DNA of 36,629 nucleotides from an uncultured Pseudomonadales bacterium. GTDB taxonomy: Bacteria > Patescibacteriota > Microgenomatia > UBA1400 > MFAQ01. The stretch covers positions 1 to 36,629 of the forward strand of contig CAYGRQ010000001.1 in NCBI GenBank assembly GCA_964352325.1, read 5' to 3'. Under the pieces are notes generated by a model. It saw only the letters and a list, made by a program, of their open reading frames with translations, had not been told where the DNA came from and did no database searches. Both the position numbers and the translations under genes were made by a program. Each line of letters begins with the position of its first letter. The stretch's first letter is position 1. Shown here piece after piece: positions 15,401 to 23,078 of the stretch.

Positions 15401-16457
15401 GAATAACGGCGAGTATTTTGTTAGTGGCGGCAAAGGGGTCGGCTTTAACTTTGACCCTTGGTTTCATCTTTTCAACTTTTTCGATCGCGGCCAATAGGGA
15501 CTCCGGGGTCAGCTCGCTTTCGGCAAGAATAACGGCCGGGGCGACTTTGGCCGCTTCAACTGCGTTTAGCAGCTGCTCGTTATGGGAAACCCACGAGATG
15601 GGAATAAAGACGGTCCGTTTTTGAAGTAAAGACAATTCGTAGGTGAGGTGGGCGCCGGCGCGGCTGACGACGACAGCGGCTGACTGGAGATAGCTGGCCG
15701 CTTCGCGGGCAAAGAAGTAAGGGGCGTAGTGATAACGACCGGCAAGGTCGCCAAGAGGTTCCCTGAGACGCCTGGCTTTGTCAAGGTCGCGGTTGATAGT
15801 ACTGGCGCCGGTTTGGTGAACGATGGTGAATCTCTTCACCAACTGGGGAATGATCGGAAAGAGGGTCTGGTTGATAAGGTGCGAGCCTTGTTTACCACAA
15901 GAGACATAGAGGAGTTTGGGGGTAAATTTCTTTTTCAGACTGGGGTCGAAAAGGGCAGGCCGCAAGGGCAGGCCGACGACCAGTGATTTTTTCTTTGGGT
16001 AACTGGACAGAGACGAAGCGTGGGTCAAAAAGATTTTGTCGACAAAGGGAGCAATGGCGCGGTTGGCCCAACCGGCGACGACGGTTTGCTCATGAGTGAG
16101 GCTGGGGATTCTTAGCAGCCAGCCGGCGAGAACAACCGGGACGGCCAGGTAACCGCCAAAAGAAACGATCAACCTTGGTCGGAGACGGAGGAGGTAGGAA
16201 AAGGCTTGGAGGAACCCGAAAAGTGTTTTGATGTGGGTGAAGGGATTGAGCTGACGGTAAAACTTGCCGGTTTTTAACTCGTAAAAAGGAATTTGGGCGG
16301 CGGTGACTTCCTGGTATTCGGCCGAAACGTTTTTGTCTCCTCCGGCGGCGAACTTATGGCCAATCCAAGTGATCTGCCAACCTTCTCTTTTTAGTTGCTC
16401 GGCAATGACGAGGGCGGAATTATGATGACCACCGGTGAAAACAATGGTTTTTTTCAT
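15381..16457 (-). CDS. murG: Lipid II synthase MurG (UDP-GlcNAc:lipid I GlcNAc transferase)
   Basis: N-terminus KKTIVFTGGHHNSALVIAEQL, a GT28 two-domain length, a C-terminal AAVVVSRAGAHLTYEL motif, and dcw context. Confidence 0.9.
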   Translation of the reverse strand: MKKTIVFTGGHHNSALVIAEQLKREGWQITWIGHKFAAGGDKNVSAEYQEVTAAQIPFYELKTGKFYRQLNPFTHIKTLFGFLQAFSYLLRLRPRLIVSFGGYLAVPVVLAGWLLRIPSLTHEQTVVAGWANRAIAPFVDKIFLTHASSLSSYPKKKSLVVGLPLRPALFDPSLKKKFTPKLLYVSCGKQGSHLINQTLFPIIPQLVKRFTIVHQTGASTINRDLDKARRLREPLGDLAGRYHYAPYFFAREAASYLQSAAVVVSRAGAHLTYELSLLQKRTVFIPISWVSHNEQLLNAVEAAKVAPAVILAESELTPESLLAAIEKVEKMKPRVKVKADPFAATNKILAVIHEYLQS

Positions 16458-17518
16458 AGGTTGCGGGCGACACTTGCTAGTATACCAAGGGCGGCAAATG
16501 TCGTGACCAAAGCAGAACCGCCGTAAGAAATGAGCGGTAGGGGTATGCCGGTCAGGGGGACGATGGCTACCATTGAAGCCAGGTTGACGAAGGTCTGGGC
16601 CGAAAAGAGGATGGCAACGCCGGCCGCCAGGAGCCGGCTGTGTTGGTCTCTCGCCGAAAAAGCGATGCGGAAAGCCAGGAGAGACAAGGATAGAAGTAGA
16701 CCGATCAGAACCAAGCCGCCGACAAAACCCAGTTCTTCGCCGATAATGGCGAAAATTGAGTCGGTGGTCGCTTCGGGCAGGTAGGCATATTTCTGACGGG
16801 AACGCCCCAAGCCCACGCCGGACAAACCCCCCGAACCCAAACCCAAAAGAACTTGGTTAATGTGATAGGAACGGCCGAGCGGGTCAGCCGTTGGCTCGAT
16901 GAAAGTCTTTAACCGCTCGAGCCGGTAGGAGGAACTGAAAATGAGAAACAGACCGGCAAAGACTAAGGTCGAAACGACGAGCAGAAGGTCGCGGGCCTTG
17001 GCGCCGGAGACATAAAAAAGGCCGAAACCAATCATGGCGACAACAACGGCGGTTCCCAGGTCGGGCTGGAGCATGACGAGCCCCAAACAGACCGCCAGCA
17101 AGAGAGTTAGTTTTTTCATCTCCCGATTCGACGTCAGCCAACTGGCCAGGTAAACAACGAGGCCAACTTTAAGGAGCTCCGAGGGTTGAAACCGAAAAAA
17201 ACCAAGTGAGAGCCAGCGCCGCGCGCCCTGTAAACGCAGCCCCAAACCGGGGATCAACACCAGGATCATGGACAAGAGAGCCACGACGAAAAAAGGCAGG
17301 GCGATTTTTTTGTAAAACCTAGGCGACAAACTTGAGGCGACAAAATAGATGACAAGACCCAGGAGGAGCCAGGTGGCTTGTTGTTTAACGAAATAGTATT
17401 TGTCGTGAAAGTTGTTAAAAGCCTCGACGACGGAGGCGTTGTAAACGGCAACCAGGCCGATCAACGAAATGAAAAGAGCGAGTCCGGTTAGGAGGGTAAA
17501 ATAGGGATGCCGCTTCAT
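16454..17518 (-). CDS. ftsW: SEDS-family lipid II polymerase FtsW
   Basis: QPDLGTAVV, YLPEATTDSIFAIIGEELGFVGG and GIPLPLISYGGSA. ATG 17518 forms an ATGA overlap with the mraY stop. The 33-aa upstream extension in the ORF track is rejected. Confidence 0.9.
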   Translation of the reverse strand: MKRHPYFTLLTGLALFISLIGLVAVYNASVVEAFNNFHDKYYFVKQQATWLLLGLVIYFVASSLSPRFYKKIALPFFVVALLSMILVLIPGLGLRLQGARRWLSLGFFRFQPSELLKVGLVVYLASWLTSNREMKKLTLLLAVCLGLVMLQPDLGTAVVVAMIGFGLFYVSGAKARDLLLVVSTLVFAGLFLIFSSSYRLERLKTFIEPTADPLGRSYHINQVLLGLGSGGLSGVGLGRSRQKYAYLPEATTDSIFAIIGEELGFVGGLVLIGLLLSLSLLAFRIAFSARDQHSRLLAAGVAILFSAQTFVNLASMVAIVPLTGIPLPLISYGGSALVTTFAALGILASVARNL

Positions 17519-18549
17519 ATGACCGCTAGCCAGAGGCCAAAAACAACAACCATAATGCCGGCCAACCAAGCCCGCTGGACGATTTTCGGTTCGGTCCAGC
17601 CAATTTTCAGGAGCCAATAATGAATCGGAGCGATGGGGAACAGGCGTTTACCCGTCAGTTTTACCGAAGCAATTTGGAGAAGACTGCTGGCGCCATCGAC
17701 CAGGAAGGGCGCGCCAACGACCAATAGGGCAATTGTTTTCCCCAAAAGCAAACCGATGACGGCCAAGGTGGCGCCAAAGGCCATCGCCCCGGCATCTCCC
17801 ATAAAAATACGGGCAGGATAAACGTTGAAATAGAGGAAGGCAATTAGGCCGCCCAGCCAGAGGGCAATGAAGATTGAGATGGGGGTATCGAGAACGGAAA
17901 CGGAAAGCATCAGAAAGCCGAAGAGGCCGATCATGAGTAAGCCCCCAGCTAGGCCGTCCATGCCATCGGTGATATTGACGGCATTGGCAAAAGTTATGAC
18001 CACAAAGGCGGCAACAGGAATAAACCAAAAGCCCAGGTTCATGACACCAATGAATGGGATATTGATAATACTGATATGCAGATTGAAGTACATCAAGGAA
18101 CCAATAATTAGGCCTAGGACAGTCTGAATGGCGAATTTGTTTCTGGTTTTTAGACCGGCATAGCCCAAATCCCGGTCCAGTTCAAAGTACTTGACGATGT
18201 CATCGTAGAGGCCAAGAAGACCGAAGGCCAAAAAAGTGAAGAAAATGACGTTAATTTCCTCATTGATCGGGTAGACGTGGGTGATGTTGACGCCCAGGAG
18301 TTTAAAAAGTGGTAGCAGAGCGGCAAAAATGAGACTAGTGATGACGATGATGAGCAGGCCGCCGCCCTCCGGGGTTCTGGATTTGGACCGAATATGGACC
18401 GAGGCGGTGTCAGTCATACTGGCGATGACGGCGGTTTTCCTTTTGAAAAACTTAACCCGGTAGAGGAGGTTAATGAAAGGAACAACGGCGGTGGCGTGGA
18501 TGATGAAGGAGATGAGTATGATTCCTAGAAGGATCGATATTGATGACAT
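17515..18549 (-). CDS. mraY: Phospho-N-acetylmuramoyl-pentapeptide transferase
   Basis: NAVNITDGMDGLAGG, FMGDAGAMAFGA, and a polytopic membrane profile. Confidence 0.95.
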   Translation of the reverse strand: MSSISILLGIILISFIIHATAVVPFINLLYRVKFFKRKTAVIASMTDTASVHIRSKSRTPEGGGLLIIVITSLIFAALLPLFKLLGVNITHVYPINEEINVIFFTFLAFGLLGLYDDIVKYFELDRDLGYAGLKTRNKFAIQTVLGLIIGSLMYFNLHISIINIPFIGVMNLGFWFIPVAAFVVITFANAVNITDGMDGLAGGLLMIGLFGFLMLSVSVLDTPISIFIALWLGGLIAFLYFNVYPARIFMGDAGAMAFGATLAVIGLLLGKTIALLVVGAPFLVDGASSLLQIASVKLTGKRLFPIAPIHYWLLKIGWTEPKIVQRAWLAGIMVVVFGLWLAVI

Positions 18550-18554
18550 GATCG

Positions 18555-18953
18555 CTAGAGCTTTCCGCCAAAGGCGAATTGGCCTTTGGCCAAGGCTGTT
18601 AACAGATAGGGTAGAAAAACAAGCAGGCCGGTGATGACCGCCATGGCGGCAGTCGTCAGGACCATGCCGGCGGAAACATCCTTGGCGACTCTGGCTAGCT
18701 CATGAAATTTTTCGGTATGGAGGTCGACTACCGACTCAATGCTGGTATTGATCATCTCGGTGATAAAAACCAGACCGATGATGAAAACGATAACTGACCA
18801 CTCGGCCGAAGTGAGGTTGAAATAAAAGCCGGCGCTGATGGCGATGATGGCCGCAATTAAATGAACGCGAAAGTTGGGTTGGGTTTTGATGGTATAGCTG
18901 ACGCCGTCGAGGGCGTGCTTAAAGGAGATAGTATGCCGCTGGTTCGGTGACAC
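18555..18953 (-). CDS. dgkA: DgkA-family lipid kinase (diacylglycerol/undecaprenol kinase)
   Basis: 132 aa, three TM segments, SFKHALDGVSYTIKTQPNFRVH and EMINTSIESVVD. GTG start. Confidence 0.85.
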   Translation of the reverse strand: MSPNQRHTISFKHALDGVSYTIKTQPNFRVHLIAAIIAISAGFYFNLTSAEWSVIVFIIGLVFITEMINTSIESVVDLHTEKFHELARVAKDVSAGMVLTTAAMAVITGLLVFLPYLLTALAKGQFAFGGKL

Positions 18954-18975
18954 AGTTTGATTTTAACCTGTTTGA

Positions 18976-20673
18976 CTAGCGGGCGCCACCAAGGAGCAAT
19001 AGTTGGTTAGCGATGGCAAACCAGAGCGGAGCGGCCGTTTCCGATCCCCAAGGGGATGTTTGAGGTTCGGTCAGGCTGACCAGCATGGTGTATTGAGGTT
19101 GCCGGGCCGGAAAAAAACCGATAAAACTGGCAATCGTTTTTTCGGGATCATAATGGCCGGCGATCGGAATCTGGGCGGTACCGGTCTTACCGGCGATTTC
19201 GATATTTTTCGGCTTGGCCCATTTGGCTTCCCCCCGGTCAACCGCGGCAATCATCATATCGCGAATTTGGATGGCCGTTTCCGGTTCGATCACCTTTTTT
19301 TTTGTAGCTTGAGGAAGGCTAACTTCTTTGTCGCCACTTTTTATTTTTTCGACAATTGTCGGCTGAACCAGGACGCCCTGGTTGGCAACGGCGTTGACGG
19401 CCGCGAGCATCTGGATGGGGGTGACGGCGATTCCCTGACCGAAAGAATTGGTGGCTAAATCAATATCTTTCAGGTCGGCTTGAAGTTTTTTGGAACCGGC
19501 GGCCTCCTCCTGAAGTTCGATGCCGGTTAACTGGCCGATACCGAAATCAGATAAGTAACGGGCGAATTTTTCTTTACCTAAGCGGCGGGCAACAAAAACC
19601 ATACCGATATTGTTGGAGTGAACGATGACGTCGGTAAGGGTGCTGTTCGGGTAATATTTTTCATCCCAGGTTTTGATGGTGTATTGACCGATGTGGATAG
19701 GACCGGCGCAAATGTCGCAGATGGTAGTCGGGGTAACCACTTTTTCATTGAGGGCGGCGGCCATGACGAGGACTTTGAAGATTGAACCCGGTTCAAAAAG
19801 GTCGGCGACGCTGGGGTTTTGGTAGGTAGATTTGTCGAAATCGGCAAAATGACCGGGGTCATAGTTGGGATAGGCGGCCATGGCTAGGATTTTGCCGGTA
19901 GTGCTCTCCATGATAATGACATTACCGGCTTTGGCCTGATAGCGGTCCAGGCCCTCGCGCAGAAGTGATTCGACCAGAAACTGGGTTTGTTTATTGATAG
20001 TCGTGATGATTGACCGGCCGGTGATGTTGGCAAGCAGGTTATAACGGCCGATGAGGATTGGGTTGCCGAAAGCATCTTTCTCGCTTCTGATCTTTCCTTC
20101 CCGGCCGCGCATTTGGCGATCAAAGTAGCCCTCCAAACCGAAATAACCCTGGGGTTCCCCGGCAAGGTCGCTACCAACGAAGCCGAGGACTTGGGCGGCC
20201 AGACTGGCTTCGGGATAGAAACGGGTGAATTCGTCCTCGAAACCCAGGCCTTTGAGGTTTAGGGCCTCAATTTTTTTCTTTTGATCGGGGGTTAGGTAGT
20301 GCTTCAATGAGACCCAGTTGCTGGTAAGGTTAAAGCGGTCGAGAAGCTGGGAGCGAGTTTGATCGAGCACGCCCGCGGTAGTGGCGAGAACGGGCGCGAG
20401 AAGATCGATAACTTCGGCTTTGGACTTCTCCAGTTGAGGTTTGTAGACAAAAAGGTGATAGAGGTTCTGACTGCCCGCTAAAAGCTGGCCCGAAGAATCC
20501 AAAATATCGCCTCGCTGGCTAGCCAAAATGACGACGTCCTGGTGCTGGCGGTCGGCGCGCTCGGCTAGTCCCGGTCCCCGAATGATCTGCCAATAAAAAA
20601 GGCGGCTGACGATGACAAGAGCAAAAAAAGGAATCAGGAAAAAAATAACCCGCAAGCGAAAATGGGTAATCAT
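18976..20673 (-). CDS. ftsI: Class B penicillin-binding protein (FtsI/PBP2-type transpeptidase)
   Basis: An N-terminal TM anchor, SxxK (GSIFK), SxN (HSNNIG) and KTGT motifs. Confidence 0.92.
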   Translation of the reverse strand: MITHFRLRVIFFLIPFFALVIVSRLFYWQIIRGPGLAERADRQHQDVVILASQRGDILDSSGQLLAGSQNLYHLFVYKPQLEKSKAEVIDLLAPVLATTAGVLDQTRSQLLDRFNLTSNWVSLKHYLTPDQKKKIEALNLKGLGFEDEFTRFYPEASLAAQVLGFVGSDLAGEPQGYFGLEGYFDRQMRGREGKIRSEKDAFGNPILIGRYNLLANITGRSIITTINKQTQFLVESLLREGLDRYQAKAGNVIIMESTTGKILAMAAYPNYDPGHFADFDKSTYQNPSVADLFEPGSIFKVLVMAAALNEKVVTPTTICDICAGPIHIGQYTIKTWDEKYYPNSTLTDVIVHSNNIGMVFVARRLGKEKFARYLSDFGIGQLTGIELQEEAAGSKKLQADLKDIDLATNSFGQGIAVTPIQMLAAVNAVANQGVLVQPTIVEKIKSGDKEVSLPQATKKKVIEPETAIQIRDMMIAAVDRGEAKWAKPKNIEIAGKTGTAQIPIAGHYDPEKTIASFIGFFPARQPQYTMLVSLTEPQTSPWGSETAAPLWFAIANQLLLLGGAR

Positions 20674-20675
20674 CG

Positions 20676-21023
20676 TTATCTAACTGCCGCCAACGCCTCG
20701 TCTCCCGAAATTATTAAATTGGTCTTCACCCTGACGAAACCCAGGTCGGAAGCCGCAGATTGAATATTGCTCAAGTTGGCTTTTTTGCCAATTTCGACCG
20801 TCAGGATTTGGTTTTCTTTGTTTAATTTTCCTGTTTCGGATAGTACGTAGTCGAGAACAACACCTTGGGTGGCCAGGGCGTTAGTACCAATGAGGTTAGC
20901 GAGGGCCAAAACAGCCACCAAGCCGAAGACCAGACCGACGAGGTTGTTGACTAAGCTAAATTTTTTGAGCCAGACGGAGTTTGGCACTTCTGACTTTTGG
21001 ATTAATTTGTAATTCTTTTTCAT
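20676..21023 (-). CDS. ftsL: FtsL-like small bitopic membrane protein (by position)
   Basis: 115 aa with a single TM segment (LVGLVFGLVAVLALANLIG), between rsmH and ftsI. It overlaps the rsmH 3' end by 68 nt, and I see no alternative start downstream. Confidence 0.45.
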   Translation of the reverse strand: MKKNYKLIQKSEVPNSVWLKKFSLVNNLVGLVFGLVAVLALANLIGTNALATQGVVLDYVLSETGKLNKENQILTVEIGKKANLSNIQSAASDLGFVRVKTNLIISGDEALAAVR

Positions 21024-21870
21024 TTGGTTTTAGTGGTTTAACGTTAATAACGCGGAGGATGCTTGTCTTTTTCTTTTCTTTGATGAAGCGCTTGACGAGT
21101 CGGTCTTCGCCGGAGTGGAAACTGATTACCCCCAAGATGCCGCCTTGGGCGAGTAAATTCGGCGTCGCGGCGAGCATGTCCCGAAGGGCTTCCCGTTCGA
21201 GATTGACGGCCATACGCAAAGCCATGAAAGTCTTGGTGGCGGGGTGAATTTTTTTGGCCGTCGGCCGCTTTGCCTGACTCACGATTTCGGCCAGTTCACT
21301 TGTGGTTGTGACTGGAGCATTTTTTCTGGCCCGAGCGATAGCCCGAGCGATTATTTTGGCTTGGTATTCATCGGCCAAAAGGAACAACTCTGCCAATTCT
21401 CTTTCAGAAAGGGCATTGACCAGGTCGGCGGCGGACAGACCAAGGCGTTGATCGAGGCGCATATCGAGCGGGCCCTCCAGGTTGAAACTGAAGCCTCTTG
21501 GCGCCTCTGCTAACTGATATTGGGAAGTCCCCAGATCGGCAAGAATGGCCTTGAAGAGGGGCAGGTTGAGTTGGGCCGCTACTTCTCCCGCTTTGGCAAA
21601 ATTGGTGTGAACGATGAGCCAGGTGAAGTCGGCCGGTGGTGCAATGGCCATTTCCGGGCGGACAATGATGGGCGTGTATTTGCCGGAGAGGAAGTTGGTG
21701 GCCCGACTGATTGCCTGCTCATCGACATCAAAGCTGACGACCCGGGCGCCGGCATCAAGGGCTTCCTGGGTGTGTCCCCCGTCACCAAGGGTGAGATCTA
21801 GGAACAGATCCCCGGGCTGGAGGTGAAAAAGGTCCTTTATTTGACCGGCAAAGGCGGGTAGATGTCTCAT
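20956..21870 (-). CDS. rsmH: 16S rRNA (cytosine1402-N4)-methyltransferase
   Basis: DLTLGDGGHT, ADLGTSQYQL, ISFHSGEDRLVK and C-terminal NPKVRSAKLRLAQK. ATG 21870 forms an ATGA overlap with the mraZ stop. Confidence 0.92.
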   Translation of the reverse strand: MRHLPAFAGQIKDLFHLQPGDLFLDLTLGDGGHTQEALDAGARVVSFDVDEQAISRATNFLSGKYTPIIVRPEMAIAPPADFTWLIVHTNFAKAGEVAAQLNLPLFKAILADLGTSQYQLAEAPRGFSFNLEGPLDMRLDQRLGLSAADLVNALSERELAELFLLADEYQAKIIARAIARARKNAPVTTTSELAEIVSQAKRPTAKKIHPATKTFMALRMAVNLEREALRDMLAATPNLLAQGGILGVISFHSGEDRLVKRFIKEKKKTSILRVINVKPLKPNEKELQINPKVRSAKLRLAQKI

Positions 21871-22298
21871 ATGTTTAAATCTTTTAGTCCCGATTCCCAA
21901 TCGGGATTTTCCTGCGTTACTAAGTTAAGGTGCTGGTGATAGCGGTCACGATCCCAGATTTCAATTCTGGTTAGGGCGCCGGCGATCACCACTTGTTTTT
22001 TTAGTGAAGCGCTTTCCTTTAAGTAGTCCGGGATTAAGGTCCTCCCCTGTGAGTCGAGAACCAGATCCACGGCTGATTGAACCAAGACCCTGGTAAATTG
22101 ACGGCCGGTCCGGTTCGTCAGGGGTAGGGACGCCAGCTTGCTGCAGAGCTCTTGCCAATATGAGTTGGGGAAAAGAAATAGGCAGCCATCCAGCCCGATG
22201 GTGATGACGCCACCAGATGTTAGTTTTTCGCGGAATACCGCCGGAATCGCCAACCTCCCCTTGGCTTCGAGGTTGTGATAATGGCGAGAGATAAACAT
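21867..22298 (-). CDS. mraZ: Transcriptional regulator MraZ
   Basis: MFISRHYHNLEAKGRLAIPAVFREKL, with the second SpoVT/AbrB-like half DSQGRTLIPDYL. Confidence 0.93.
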   Translation of the reverse strand: MFISRHYHNLEAKGRLAIPAVFREKLTSGGVITIGLDGCLFLFPNSYWQELCSKLASLPLTNRTGRQFTRVLVQSAVDLVLDSQGRTLIPDYLKESASLKKQVVIAGALTRIEIWDRDRYHQHLNLVTQENPDWESGLKDLNI

Positions 22299-22330
22299 AG
22301 TGCATAGGACAGGTTTGGTAACTAGTTACT

Positions 22331-22361
22331 ATTATAATGGTAATTCACCACTTGTCACCAC
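22331..22361 (-). promoter_or_regulatory. Candidate mraZ/dcw promoter with tandem GTGGTGA boxes
   Basis: The minus strand reads GTGGTGAcaaGTGGTGAattaccatTATAAT. The two 7-mers are exactly 10 bp apart, and the upstream one contains a -35-like GTGACA 16 nt upstream of TATAAT. A 12-bp palindrome GTAACTAGTTAC follows the -10. Confidence 0.45.
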
Positions 22362-22377
22362 CCCCCAGTATCGTGAA

Positions 22378-22479
22378 AAGAAACTGCCCTGTCAAGGGGT
22401 AACCCGAGGCTAAAAAGGAGTTTATTTGATGAGGACGATGGGGCCGAGAAGGTAGAGCTGGGCCGTTTCGGCTTCCCCT
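22378..22479 (+). repeat. 102-bp direct repeat, copy A1 (non-coding relic of the lipoprotein gene 3' end)
   Basis: By my base-by-base comparison it is identical at 102 of 102 positions to 23079-23180. It contains the last 58 nt of the lipoprotein CDS plus 44 nt downstream, but here it is cut off from any ORF by an in-frame TAA in the adjacent B1 repeat. Confidence 0.9.
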
Positions 22480-22483
22480 CCCG

Positions 22484-22537
22484 ACTTACCCAATTAGTAC
22501 GGGAAAACGATTACTCGTGGTCAATTTACATGGGATA
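22484..22537 (+). repeat. 54-bp direct repeat, copy B1
   Basis: ACTTACCCAATTAGTACGGGAAAACGATTACTCGTGGTCAATTTACATGGGATA matches 22980-23033 at 53/54 positions (one A/G difference). Confidence 0.88.
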
Positions 22538-22548
22538 CGTCCTTCTTT

Positions 22549-22588
22549 GTCATCCCGACCAAGCGTACTCGCGAGTGGAGGGATCTTC
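22549..22588. repeat. 40-bp inverted repeat, left arm
   Basis: GTCATCCCGACCAAGCGTACTCGCGAGTGGAGGGATCTTC is the reverse complement of 22924-22963 at 39/40 positions. It contains the internal palindrome ACTCGCGAGT and ATCCC...GGGAT pairing. Confidence 0.88.
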
Positions 22589-22618
22589 CTAGACTGCATA
22601 GCCTACAATTAACATTAG

Positions 22619-22918
22619 ATGATTCGAAGTCAGAGATACTTCTTCGTATATATCTTAAGTAATTTCAAACGAAACGTCCTTTATACAGGCATCACCAGCA
22701 ACTTGCTCCGTCGTGTTTGGGAACATAAGGAGGGGGTTGTGGAAGGATTTACAAATGATTATCAAGTTCACGACCTCCTCTACTTTGAAACATACGATGA
22801 TCCTCAAACAGCTATCGCCAGAGAAAAACAAATTAAGAAATGGTCCAGAAGAAAGAAAAATGTGCTCATCGCAAAACAAAATCCAACACTAAAGGATCTT
22901 TATCCAACCCTTGTTTAG
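22619..22918 (+). CDS. GIY-YIG nuclease family protein (URI/YhbQ-like, 99 aa)
   Basis: YFFVYILSNFKRNVLYTGITSNLLRRVWEHKEG...YFETYDDPQTAIAREKQIKKWSRRKK is the canonical GIY-YIG core (GIY / YxG / R..EH / E). It is one of the few plus-strand genes and the only one in the right-hand 24 kb. Confidence 0.85.
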   Translation: MIRSQRYFFVYILSNFKRNVLYTGITSNLLRRVWEHKEGVVEGFTNDYQVHDLLYFETYDDPQTAIAREKQIKKWSRRKKNVLIAKQNPTLKDLYPTLV

Positions 22919-22923
22919 ACCCC

Positions 22924-22963
22924 GAAGATCCCTCCACTCGCGAGTACGCTCGGTCGGGATGAC
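22924..22963. repeat. 40-bp inverted repeat, right arm
   Basis: GAAGATCCCTCCACTCGCGAGTACGCTCGGTCGGGATGAC starts 5 nt after the GIY-YIG stop. Confidence 0.88.
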
Positions 22964-22979
22964 ATGGTCTTTTTCCCCA

Positions 22980-23033
22980 ACTTACCCAATTAGTACGGGG
23001 AAACGATTACTCGTGGTCAATTTACATGGGATA
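22980..23033 (+). repeat. 54-bp direct repeat, copy B2
   Basis: 53/54 identical to B1 (22484-22537). Confidence 0.88.
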
Positions 23034-23078
23034 TATCAATTACCTAGTTTTCAGTGTTGGTAGTTTGGGTAAGTCGGG

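Larger units (their letters stand above)
22480..23078 (+). mobile_element. 599-bp insert with 13-bp terminal inverted repeats carrying a GIY-YIG gene
   Basis: CCCGACTTACCCA (22480-22492) and TGGGTAAGTCGGG (23066-23078) are exact reverse complements. They abut the inner edges of the 102-bp duplication. See the nested repeats B and IR below. Confidence 0.6.

Noticed and set aside
17515-17518. Possible alternative genetic code (UGA recoding), as seen in some CPR lineages.
   Set aside because: TGA functions as a stop at several conserved ATGA junctions (mraY/ftsW, mraZ/rsmH, GT4/GT4) and at the parB end. All housekeeping ORFs are full length under code 11.
22425-22475. A hammerhead-ribozyme-like string TGATGAG...GAAAC (complement) within the 102-bp repeat.
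   Set aside because: The first core base is T rather than the essential C. The GAAAC lies on the opposite strand and in the wrong order. The segment is simply the C-terminal coding sequence of the lipoprotein gene.
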